Part shown: piece by piece, positions 19,900 to 28,564 of the stretch
Numbering within the stretch: position 1 is the stretch's first letter
Layout of the letters: each line of letters starts with the position of its first letter
Origin: Alcaligenaceae bacterium
GTDB taxonomy: Bacteria; Pseudomonadota; Gammaproteobacteria; Burkholderiales; Burkholderiaceae_B
Direction: 5' to 3'
DNA: 64,000 nt
Assembly (NCBI GenBank): GCA_002737415.1
Contig: NSIQ01000026.1
Coordinates: forward strand, 116,120 to 180,119
Notes under the pieces: generated by a model
Told to the model about the DNA's origin: nothing
What the model saw: the letters and a program-made list of their open reading frames with translations, nothing else
Database searches by the model: none
Translations under genes and position numbers: made by a program

Positions 19900-21261
19900 A
19901 TGACCGATATCACCCGTGAGCTGGGCGCTTTTGTTGCAGGTTTAACCTACGACAAAATCCCGAAAGCAGCAGTCGAAGTGATTCATATGGGCTTTGCGGA
20001 TTGTGTGGGCGTGATGCTCGCCGGTCGTGACGAGCCACCGACTAAAATCCTAAAGGATGTGCTGGCACCGCCTGCAGGACCGTCAACGCTGTTGTTTGGT
20101 GCGCAGATGGCAAGCGCGTCAGACGCCGCTTGGATCAATGGTGTCGCGGCGCACGCGTTGGATTTTGATGACGTGGCAATTAAAGGCCATCCCAGTACGA
20201 TTTTGGTGCCGGCGATCATTGCTGAGGCGCAAGCGCTAGGTTCGACGGGTCGCGAGATGGTAACGGCGTATGCGGCGGGCTACGAAGTCTGGGCCGAGTT
20301 GGCGCGTCGGGATCCCGATCACTATCACACCAAGGGCTGGCACCCGACTGGTATTTTGGGTGCAATTGCTTCGGCGGCAGCCTGCGCATCACTGAATAAA
20401 TTGAATGCAGAGCAATGCACAATGGCAATCGCTTTAGGTGCTTCGCAAAGCGCGGGCATTATGGCTAACTTCGGCACGATGACTAAGCCGTTTCATGCGG
20501 GGCGCTCAGCACAGTCTGGTGTGTTGGCGGCGCGGCTTGCCAAGGCAGGTTTCACCTCGTCGTTAGATGCACTTGAACATCCGCAAGGGTTCTTGTCGGC
20601 GGTGTCGCCCAATGGGCGCTTTGATGCCACCTCTAAGGTTGAGGCAGGCAAGGTCTGGAAGCTGGCGGTGACTAAGCTCTCGGTCAAAAAATATCCGCTG
20701 TGCTTCTGTACGCATCGCGCGCTAGACGGCATGTTGGATTTAGTTGCAGAAACCCCCGTGACCGCGGATCAAATCGAAAGTATTACCGCCGTGACTAGTC
20801 GTCGCAACACCAAGGTCTTGCGTAACCATCAACCGCAAACAGGCCTTGAAGCAAAATTCAGTATGCAATTTGCAATGGCGTCGTGCGTGGTGGCTGGGCG
20901 CGCTGGCTTAACTGAACTCGTTGATGATTTCGTGGTTCGCAAAGACGTGCAAGATTTGATGAAAAGAATCAGCGTTCAGGCTGACGATGCCGAGCACCCC
21001 AATATGCCGGGTTACTCACCTTTCGATCAGGTGACCGTGAAGCTTAAAAATGGTCAGACTTTGCAGAGCAAAGAAGTTGTGACAGTACGAGGCGGACCAG
21101 ATTTTCCACTGAATCGTGAGCAGCTTTGGGCTAAGTTTGCTGACTGCGCACGCGTGGGTCATTTTGAGGGCTCAGCCTTGAAGCTATTTGACGCATTTAT
21201 GGCCCTTGATCAGGTTACACGGGTGAGCGATATTCCTGGTTTGGGCTTAGGTAAAAAGTAA
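19900..21261 (+). CDS. MmgE/PrpD family protein
   Basis: HALDFDD, GHPS, GWHPT, TKPFHAG and KKYP motifs. Confidence 0.9.
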   Translation: MTDITRELGAFVAGLTYDKIPKAAVEVIHMGFADCVGVMLAGRDEPPTKILKDVLAPPAGPSTLLFGAQMASASDAAWINGVAAHALDFDDVAIKGHPSTILVPAIIAEAQALGSTGREMVTAYAAGYEVWAELARRDPDHYHTKGWHPTGILGAIASAAACASLNKLNAEQCTMAIALGASQSAGIMANFGTMTKPFHAGRSAQSGVLAARLAKAGFTSSLDALEHPQGFLSAVSPNGRFDATSKVEAGKVWKLAVTKLSVKKYPLCFCTHRALDGMLDLVAETPVTADQIESITAVTSRRNTKVLRNHQPQTGLEAKFSMQFAMASCVVAGRAGLTELVDDFVVRKDVQDLMKRISVQADDAEHPNMPGYSPFDQVTVKLKNGQTLQSKEVVTVRGGPDFPLNREQLWAKFADCARVGHFEGSALKLFDAFMALDQVTRVSDIPGLGLGKK

Positions 21262-21266
21262 TTGCA

Positions 21267-21306
21267 GCAAGAAAAAAGGCTTGCCGAGGCAAGCCTTTTT
21301 TCTTGC
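21267..21306. terminator. Bidirectional intrinsic terminator
   Basis: GCAAGAAAAAAGGCTTGCC-GA-GGCAAGCCTTTTTTCTTGC perfect inverted repeat between convergent genes. Confidence 0.85.
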
Positions 21307-21320
21307 GCTGGATTGACTAA

Positions 21321-21989
21321 TTAGCCAAGCAGCTTTCTAAACATCTCAATGGTGCGCTCGCGTGCCAGCTTGGCTGACGCTGCGTGATATGAACCGCGTT
21401 GATCACAGTTAAAGCCGTGGTCAGCAGGGTAGAAGTAGCTGGTTTCTTTCGGATAAGCAGCGGCAACGACTTTAGCCTGCTCAAGCGTAATCGAATGATC
21501 CGTTTCGCCAAACTGAAACATCACCGGGCACTTTGGGGTCTCTTTCAAGAAGCTTGGAATAGCGCCACCATAGTAGGGCACAGAGCACGCCAGACCATCG
21601 ACACGGCCAGCGGCCAGCCAAGCAATGACGCCACCCCAGCAGTAACCCACAATCCCGACTTTACCTGCGGCCTTGCCGTGTTCCATTGCCGCCTGAACGT
21701 CGAGCAGAGTGTGATCAAAGCTGACTTTCTTCATGATCTCGACACCAGCACCGATCTCAGGCTGTGTGTAACCTGATTCGTATTTGGTTTGCGCGCGATC
21801 AAAAAATGCAGGGGCGATGGTGAGATAGCCGTCGGCAGCGAAACCATCGGCCACTGAACGAATGTGGCTGTTGACGCCAAAAATTTCGGGGGCGACGATG
21901 ACTGAGCCACGTGGCTTGCCTGCAGGCTCTGCCACATAGGCGTCGAATTGATGGCCGTCTGAGGCTTTAAGTTGAATATTTTTACCCAT
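21321..21989 (-). CDS. Dienelactone hydrolase family protein
   Basis: EIFGVN, GYCWGG nucleophile motif, DHGFNCD. Confidence 0.9.
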   Translation of the reverse strand: MGKNIQLKASDGHQFDAYVAEPAGKPRGSVIVAPEIFGVNSHIRSVADGFAADGYLTIAPAFFDRAQTKYESGYTQPEIGAGVEIMKKVSFDHTLLDVQAAMEHGKAAGKVGIVGYCWGGVIAWLAAGRVDGLACSVPYYGGAIPSFLKETPKCPVMFQFGETDHSITLEQAKVVAAAYPKETSYFYPADHGFNCDQRGSYHAASAKLARERTIEMFRKLLG

Positions 21990-22146
21990 ACTGATCTCCT
22001 TGAATACGTCTGACTACGATGATTGATTGGATGAGAACCTTGCCTGTCGCGCACGAGGGTTACCTGCTCGACCCTCTAAGGTAACCAAATTATAGGCACA
22101 GACCTGTGCAAAGCGAAAAGACATTTTTAAACGAATGTTTTATAGT

Positions 22147-23124
22147 TTATTTTAGATCGCCCGTTTTGGTGAAGTAATCTTTATACCAAGCCGTTTCAAG
22201 CGCAAGGTCGCGATTAAGGGTTTTGCTATCTTTTAGCTCAAAAGGAAGGTAGTTTTGCTTCAGCATGGCTCTAAACTCGCCGGACTGGGCGATTTTCATG
22301 AAAGCGTCTTCAAGTTTTTTGACAATAGCCGGGGGTGTGCCCGTCCGAACGGTCGCAATCATGCCGCTGTGCGGGGGGTTCTCCCAGTCGCAGCCGATTT
22401 CCTTCAGCGTGCGCACCTCTGGAAAGTTATTGTCGCGGACAGTTTGAAACAAAACCAGCTGACGAAAGATTCCGTCGACGACTAAGGGGTTGTGTGAGCC
22501 CGAACCCGAGGTGAAATTGACATGTTTACCCATCAGCATGGTGTTGGCCTCAGTGCCCCCTTTGGTCGGCACGTGTTTGAAATCAAGCCCCTTGCATCGT
22601 TTGAGCGCTTCGACGCCCATTTGTTGTGAGGTGGTCGCTACGCCACCACCACCAGCGGTGGCGTAAGACATGCCAGGATTTTTCTTGGCGTATTCAATAA
22701 AGTCCTCGATCGTTTTCCAAGGGCTGTCAGCGGGCACGACCACAGACCCGTTATGAAAATAGCTGTACTGGATGACGCCCACAATATCAGATGGTTTGTA
22801 GCTCACCTTCATGAGTGCGGGTCGTGTCGTGATCGCCGAGGTAGCCCCGATCAGTACCGTGTAGCCATCCGGTTTTTTCGAGACGAGCAGGCCTGCTGCG
22901 ACAGTGCCACCCCCGCCTCCCTTGTTGTCGACGGTAACCGGTACGCCTAGCAGTCCCTCGGCTGCGCGGGCGAGGGCGCGCGCAGTAATATCAGTGGTCG
23001 CGCCTGCTGCATAAGACACGTAAAAAGTGATCGGCTTATTGGGATAATCTTGCGCGATCGAGACCACGGGCGCGAGGATCAACGTTAAACCAATGATCGT
23101 GAATTCTTTAAGTTGTGGAATCAT
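22147..23124 (-). CDS. Bug/TctC substrate-binding protein
   Basis: YPNKPIT and KPDGYT motifs; resembles the 15626 paralog. Confidence 0.88.
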   Translation of the reverse strand: MIPQLKEFTIIGLTLILAPVVSIAQDYPNKPITFYVSYAAGATTDITARALARAAEGLLGVPVTVDNKGGGGGTVAAGLLVSKKPDGYTVLIGATSAITTRPALMKVSYKPSDIVGVIQYSYFHNGSVVVPADSPWKTIEDFIEYAKKNPGMSYATAGGGGVATTSQQMGVEALKRCKGLDFKHVPTKGGTEANTMLMGKHVNFTSGSGSHNPLVVDGIFRQLVLFQTVRDNNFPEVRTLKEIGCDWENPPHSGMIATVRTGTPPAIVKKLEDAFMKIAQSGEFRAMLKQNYLPFELKDSKTLNRDLALETAWYKDYFTKTGDLK

Positions 23125-23136
23125 TGTGCTCCCCTA

Positions 23137-24201
23137 TTACTCTTGCGTGAGTTTGGCCGCCTCAACAGTCTTTCGCCAGTTGTTGATCTCTGTTTGAACA
23201 AAGGCGTTAAATTCAGTCGGGCTGTTGCCGCCCGCAAGACCACCCATTTCTTTAAAGCGCCGTTGAATATCAGGTGTTTGTAACACCTTGGCGGTGGCCT
23301 GTTGTAGGCGGTCGATGATGAGTTGAGGGGTCGTCGCCGGAGCGAACAACCCGAACCAGGCCGTCACCAGCATATCGGGTACGCCGACTTCGGCCATGGT
23401 GGGCACATCGGGTAGCTCAGGGGCCCGCGTATCGCTCGTCACGGCAAGCGCCCGTAATTTGCCACCTTTGATTTGCGCCATCACGCTTGGCGCTGTGGCG
23501 ATCATGAAGGTGAACTGATTGCCAAGCAGCGCTCCTGTCGCTGGACCCGCGCCCTTATAAGGGATGTGCGGCACTTGTATGCCAACCCGCTGCATAAACA
23601 TTTCGCCCGAAAGGTGCGGCGATTGCCCGGCGCCCGCAGAGCCAAACGAATAAAGGGTAGAGTCTTTCTTGATCGCGCTAACAAGCTGCGGCACACTGGT
23701 GAATGGCGTGCTGCTATTGACCACCAAAATATTTGGATTTGAAATCACAAGGGTGATTGCTTTGAAGTCATCCGGTTGATAAGGAAGCTTTTTATACAGG
23801 CTGTAGTTAATCGAATGCGAGCCAATATTACCCATCATAATTGTGTAGCCATCGGGCGCGGCTCGGGCAACGTACTGAGAACCCAAAATACCACCTGCGC
23901 CAGCCTTGTTTTCAACCACAATTGTGGTGCCGAGTTCAGCCCCTAATTTTTCGCTAATGATGCGTGCAGCCTGATCGCCAGTGCCTCCCGGAGCGGCGCC
24001 TACAACAATCGTGATGGATCTATCGGGCCAGGCTGCTGCGCAGGGGCTAGCGAATGACAGCAACACACAGGTGGCTGCCAAGAGGTGGCCTGACAACCTT
24101 GCTTGAATGGCAAGCGGCTCAAGTGGCAACTTCAATGCAGTCTCCGGAAGTTTTATTTTGTTTATGGTTAAGGTTAGCAGGAAATCAGCAACAGTTTGCA
24201 A
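23137..24201 (-). CDS. Bug/TctC substrate-binding protein (start uncertain, probably further downstream)
   Basis: WPDRSITIVV, VENKAGAGG, PDGYT and HIPYKG motifs. Confidence 0.85.
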   Translation of the reverse strand: MQTVADFLLTLTINKIKLPETALKLPLEPLAIQARLSGHLLAATCVLLSFASPCAAAWPDRSITIVVGAAPGGTGDQAARIISEKLGAELGTTIVVENKAGAGGILGSQYVARAAPDGYTIMMGNIGSHSINYSLYKKLPYQPDDFKAITLVISNPNILVVNSSTPFTSVPQLVSAIKKDSTLYSFGSAGAGQSPHLSGEMFMQRVGIQVPHIPYKGAGPATGALLGNQFTFMIATAPSVMAQIKGGKLRALAVTSDTRAPELPDVPTMAEVGVPDMLVTAWFGLFAPATTPQLIIDRLQQATAKVLQTPDIQRRFKEMGGLAGGNSPTEFNAFVQTEINNWRKTVEAAKLTQE

Positions 24202-24390
24202 TTCTCGCTAGACGGAAGTGCACCCTATCGCCATAATAAGAGCAAAAAGGTAAAGAGGCCGTGTTTTGAAAACCTCAAAAACTGCGTCTCACGTCGACCG
24301 AGATCAGCCAAGGTTATTCGTCTGTGCAGCAAGAACCTGAGGCGTTTGATTAAACGGCGGATGAGTCAATCAATAAAAAGAGAGAACAAG

Positions 24391-24852
24391 ATGGCGACAA
24401 AAACGAGTAAAAAAAGTGTTTCAGGTTTTGAAAAAGTGGGCGATGCTTCGCGTCGGACCATCATTGGTGATCAGTATGTTGACGCGATGTTGAAAGAAAA
24501 AAATGCCTTTGATCACGAGTGGCAAGCATATCTGAACAATCAACTGTGGGGGCGCACTTGGGCGCGTGGCATCTTGAGCCATCAGCAGTTAAGTTTAGTG
24601 AACTTGTCCATGTTGGCGGGCCTTGGGCGCATGGAAGAATTTGAATTACACTTTCGAATTGCTTTAAATCGAACAAAAGTTCCATTGATCCAGTTGCGTG
24701 AGATTTTGCTACACATTGGAATGTATTGCGGCATCCCAATCGGCCGAGACGCCTTTGCGATTGCGCGACGGGTGTTGAAAGAAGAGCGTATCGACGTTTC
24801 GCAGCTGGACGAGGTGTCCACCAAAAAAGTATCGAACAAAAAGAAAAAATAA
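24391..24852 (+). CDS. Carboxymuconolactone decarboxylase (CMD/AhpD-like) family protein
   Basis: WGRTWAR, LHFRIAL and LREILLHIGMYCGIP motifs; start placed at MATK. Confidence 0.8.
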   Translation: MATKTSKKSVSGFEKVGDASRRTIIGDQYVDAMLKEKNAFDHEWQAYLNNQLWGRTWARGILSHQQLSLVNLSMLAGLGRMEEFELHFRIALNRTKVPLIQLREILLHIGMYCGIPIGRDAFAIARRVLKEERIDVSQLDEVSTKKVSNKKKK

Positions 24853-24866
24853 AAGGGGATTGTGAC

Positions 24867-25874
24867 ATGGGTGCTTTTTCCTCACACAAGACAGTTTCAC
24901 CATGCATTAAAAAAATATGTCAGGCGCTCGCTCTTTGTGCGCTTGCAATAGCACCCTTGACCTATGCGCAAAGCTTTCCGGTCAAGCCGATCACTCTTGT
25001 GGTGCCCTATCAAGCTGGTGGCAGCTCTGATGCCATTGCACGCACGATGGCACGCTTGGTAGGAAAAGATCTTGGTCAACAGATGGTGGTTGAAAATAAA
25101 GCTGGGGCAGAGGGGATGATTGGGTCGCTTGACGTCATGAAATCTGCGGCAGATGGCTATCGTATTTTGTTTGGTGGTGCGGGTTCGATGATTGTTGTTC
25201 CAGCCCTTAGGCGGACCCCACCATTCGATCCGGGCACGCAATTCACACCCATTGCAGGCACGGTCGATTTCTCGTTTTTCTTGTACGTACATCCTGATTT
25301 GCCGGTCAAGAATTTAAAAGAGTTTGTGGCGTATGCACATGCAAATCCAGGAAAAATTAACTATGCAACCGGAAATAATCAGGGCTTGTTAACCTTCGCG
25401 TACTTGAAAAAAAGCTTAAATCTTGATGTAGTGCAAGTGGCGTATAAAGGTGAGACGGCAGCGACCGCTGATCTGCTGTCGGGGCGAGTACAAGCAATGT
25501 TTGCAACGACTGCGCCCTTGATGCACGCGAAAGAAGGCCGCTTGAATGTGCTGGTGACTACTTTGCCGCAACGCACACCTCTCTTGCCTGAGGTTGCCAC
25601 GATGGTTGAAAGTGGCTATTCCCAGTTTCCGTTTTCTCCCGCAGGTGGTTGGCTGGGTATCTTTGGTCCGGCTACGATGCAACCGGACGTCGTTCAAATT
25701 TTGCATCGATCTTTCGGAAAAGCGCTGACCGATCCCGAGGTGCAAAAACAACTTGCCCAAGCAGGTCTGTCTTATAATCCGATGGGTCTCGAGCAGATGT
25801 CCGTATTTGTGAGCAAGCAGCGCGACCAGTTTCGCACCATGATTCGAGACCTTGGAATCCCGCTGATCGATTAG
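24867..25874 (+). CDS. Bug/TctC substrate-binding protein
   Basis: FPVKPITLVVPY, VENKAGA and AYKG motifs; start follows AAGGGG. Confidence 0.88.
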   Translation: MGAFSSHKTVSPCIKKICQALALCALAIAPLTYAQSFPVKPITLVVPYQAGGSSDAIARTMARLVGKDLGQQMVVENKAGAEGMIGSLDVMKSAADGYRILFGGAGSMIVVPALRRTPPFDPGTQFTPIAGTVDFSFFLYVHPDLPVKNLKEFVAYAHANPGKINYATGNNQGLLTFAYLKKSLNLDVVQVAYKGETAATADLLSGRVQAMFATTAPLMHAKEGRLNVLVTTLPQRTPLLPEVATMVESGYSQFPFSPAGGWLGIFGPATMQPDVVQILHRSFGKALTDPEVQKQLAQAGLSYNPMGLEQMSVFVSKQRDQFRTMIRDLGIPLID

Positions 25875-25912
25875 AGCTAGGCCCCTACCGTTCCGTGGCC
25901 AAAATGGCCGCG

Positions 25913-25950
25913 CCACCACTACCATCACCACTACCGCTACTACCACCAAC
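25913..25950. repeat. Degenerate trinucleotide (CAC/TAC/CAT) tract upstream of fadH
   Basis: CCACCACTACCATCACCACTACCGCTACTACCACCAAC read directly from the sequence. Confidence 0.6.
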
Positions 25951-25964
25951 AGAATCGAAGTCAC

Positions 25965-28001
25965 ATGTCCCAACTAAACTCGCAGCTTTATCCATATTTA
26001 CTATCGCCCCTAAAAGTCGGTGCGCACACGCTGCCTAACCGTGTCATCATGGGTTCGCTACATACTCGCCTAGAAAACGAGCCTGATGGCGTACACCGCC
26101 TTGCTGAGTTTTATGCGGCGCGTGCGCGCGGTGGCGTTGGGTTGATCGTGACAGGTGGCGTATCGCCTAACTTCGAGGGGCGTGTCGAGCAGGGCGCCTG
26201 GGTATTGGATTCGTCTGAACAACTGGTTGACCATACCCCGATCGTGCAGGCGGTGCACGAAGCGGGTGCAAAAATCGCTCTGCAAATCCTGCATACCGGC
26301 ATCTATGCCAAGCATGACGAAATTATTGGACCCAGTGCGCTTCGCTCGGTGATCAATCCGCGCCAGCCTCGCGCCTTTACTGTTGAGCAGATCGAGCAAA
26401 CAATTGAAGACTTTGTGAATTGCGCGGTGCTTGCCCAGCAGGCGGGTTACGACGGTGTCGAGGTGATGGGGTCTGAGGGTTACCTAATGACTCAGTTCAC
26501 AGCTCCGCGCACAAACAAGCGTGAGGATGAGTGGGGTGGCTCGCTTGAAAACCGAATCCGTTTCCCTGTAGAAGTCGTGCGTCGCACGCGCGAGCGTGTG
26601 GGCACCGGACTGTTGATCATGTATCGCATTTCTGCCATCGATTTAGTTGAAGGTGGGTTAAGCGGTGACGAAATCGATCGATTCGCCCAAGCCCTCGAGC
26701 AAGCGGGAGCAGACGTCTTGAATACCGGAATCGGCTGGCACGAGTCGGTGGTGCCCACCATTGCGACGAGTGTCCCTCGTGCTGCCTTTGCGTTTGCCGC
26801 AGCGCGACTTAAAAAGGTAGTTTCGATTCCGGTCGTGGCTTCAAATCGAATCAATATGCCCTCGGTTGCCGAAGAGATTCTTGAACGCGGGCAGGCTGAT
26901 ATGGTGTCGCTTGCACGCGCATTTTTGGCCGATCCAGATTTTGTTGTAAAAGCGGCAACTGGGCGTACCGACGAAATCAATACCTGTATTGGTTGCAACC
27001 AAGCTTGCTTGGATTATATTTTTACAGATCGGATTGCCTCTTGCCTAGTGAACCCCAAGGCCTGCCACGAAACTGAATTTACGGCTGCGCCACCGTTAAA
27101 AAAATTGAAGGTGGCGGTGGTAGGGGCAGGTCCTGCGGGTCTGGCGTGCGCGATCACTGCGGCCGAGCGTGGTCATCAGGTGCAGCTCTTTGAAGCGGGT
27201 AATGAAGTGGGTGGTCAATTGAACTTGGCGCGGCGTATACCGGGCAAAGAGCAAGAATTTGCAGAGTTGGTTCGCTACTTTAAGACGCGTCTGACTACGA
27301 CCGGTGTGAACCTTCATTTGAACCAACGGGTCGACGCCGCAACGCTGGTCGAGCAGGGCTTTGAACGCATTGTGATCGCGACGGGTATCAAGCCACGCAT
27401 GCCCTCAATAGCCGGAATTGAACATGCGAAGGTGGTGAGCTACACCGACGTGATTCTAGGTCGAGCGCAGGTCGGCGAACGTGTGGCGATCATTGGTACT
27501 GGCGGGATTGGGCACGACGTTGCTGAGTTGTTGACCTCTGCGCCTGGCGAGCCACAGACGGCAGAAGAATTTTTAAAGGCTTGGGGGGTGGACCCAACGC
27601 TGCGCTCAGCAGGCGGCTTGCAGGCGTCTGTCACGCACGGTGCCCAGCGAAAAGTGGTGATGCTGCAGCGAGGCACAAAAAAACCTGGCGCGGGTTTGGG
27701 TAAGAGTACAGGCTGGATACATCGCACTAAGCTTACTAAGCGTGGCGTGACCGCGGTGTCAGGCTGTATCTACGAAAAAATCGATGATCAAGGCTTGCAC
27801 TACAGCGTGAGCGGCGAGCGACATGTGCTAGACGTTGACACCATTGTGTTGTGTGCAGGTCAAGATTCTGAGCAAGACTTGGCCGATGGACTGGCCGGAA
27901 AGGTCTTGCATTTAAATTTGATCGGTGGCGCTCGTATTGCCACAGAGTTAGATGCGATGCGCGCGATCGATGAAGGTACGCGCCTCGCGTTTGCGTGGTA
28001 A
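25965..28001 (+). CDS. fadH: 2,4-dienoyl-CoA reductase (NADPH)
   Basis: NRVIMGSLHT, VEVMGSEGYL, CIGCNQAC...C Fe-S motif, GAGPAGL, LGKSTGWIHR. Confidence 0.93.
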   Translation: MSQLNSQLYPYLLSPLKVGAHTLPNRVIMGSLHTRLENEPDGVHRLAEFYAARARGGVGLIVTGGVSPNFEGRVEQGAWVLDSSEQLVDHTPIVQAVHEAGAKIALQILHTGIYAKHDEIIGPSALRSVINPRQPRAFTVEQIEQTIEDFVNCAVLAQQAGYDGVEVMGSEGYLMTQFTAPRTNKREDEWGGSLENRIRFPVEVVRRTRERVGTGLLIMYRISAIDLVEGGLSGDEIDRFAQALEQAGADVLNTGIGWHESVVPTIATSVPRAAFAFAAARLKKVVSIPVVASNRINMPSVAEEILERGQADMVSLARAFLADPDFVVKAATGRTDEINTCIGCNQACLDYIFTDRIASCLVNPKACHETEFTAAPPLKKLKVAVVGAGPAGLACAITAAERGHQVQLFEAGNEVGGQLNLARRIPGKEQEFAELVRYFKTRLTTTGVNLHLNQRVDAATLVEQGFERIVIATGIKPRMPSIAGIEHAKVVSYTDVILGRAQVGERVAIIGTGGIGHDVAELLTSAPGEPQTAEEFLKAWGVDPTLRSAGGLQASVTHGAQRKVVMLQRGTKKPGAGLGKSTGWIHRTKLTKRGVTAVSGCIYEKIDDQGLHYSVSGERHVLDVDTIVLCAGQDSEQDLADGLAGKVLHLNLIGGARIATELDAMRAIDEGTRLAFAW

Positions 28002-28017
28002 CCGATTTGCGTCAAAT

Positions 28018-28046
28018 AAAAACGCCCCGCAAGCGGGGCGTTTTTT
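28018..28046. terminator. Intrinsic terminator, probably bidirectional
   Basis: AAAAACGCCCCGC-AA-GCGGGGCGTTTTTT. Confidence 0.85.
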
Positions 28047-28070
28047 CGTTCAGAATAGTGCAATCACATA

Positions 28071-28343
28071 TTAGGCAGCAACGACTTCAGCTTCTGTCGT
28101 TTTTTTACGGATGTTGATGTGATCCCAGAGATTTTTACCTGACACTGACTTTGAAAACGAGTCAGCGACGACTAATAAAACGGCCCAAGGAGCCACAAAC
28201 GTTGCGGCGGCAACGCCAATTGCAGCATGAGCAGCACCGTTCACCAGGTTGCCGTCCATAAGAAGGCTGGCACCGGGTAACATTGTCTCACCAACTAATT
28301 TTACGCCGTTAGTGAGCATTCCTAATGGTGAAGCATCTGACAT
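28071..28343 (-). CDS. Small hypothetical membrane-associated protein (recalled as DUF6072-like, unverified)
   Basis: 90-aa ORF with a GGAG RBS and a terminator downstream; NGVKLVGE..LPGASLL motif and a hydrophobic central segment. Confidence 0.7.
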   Translation of the reverse strand: MSDASPLGMLTNGVKLVGETMLPGASLLMDGNLVNGAAHAAIGVAAATFVAPWAVLLVVADSFSKSVSGKNLWDHINIRKKTTEAEVVAA

Positions 28344-28564
28344 AATTTTCTCCAGAGTTTGCTAAATGTCTATTATTGACTGAGGGGGCCCCCTCGAATA
28401 GTAAATATTAAATTAACAAAATAGACACATTAAATTGTGCTTGAAAAATGCAAAAGTGTGTGGATTTTTGTAAAAAAAAATAAATATTTTTGAAAATTAT
28501 AAAAATAAGTGTGTATACAACAAAGCTGTTGTCGGATCACCGCCATATTTTATTAAAGGTATAT

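Noticed and set aside
25416-25973. 185-aa minus-strand ORF with a Val-rich N-terminus
   Set aside because: It is antisense to a Bug gene, and the apparent TM helix is just the trinucleotide tract read backwards.
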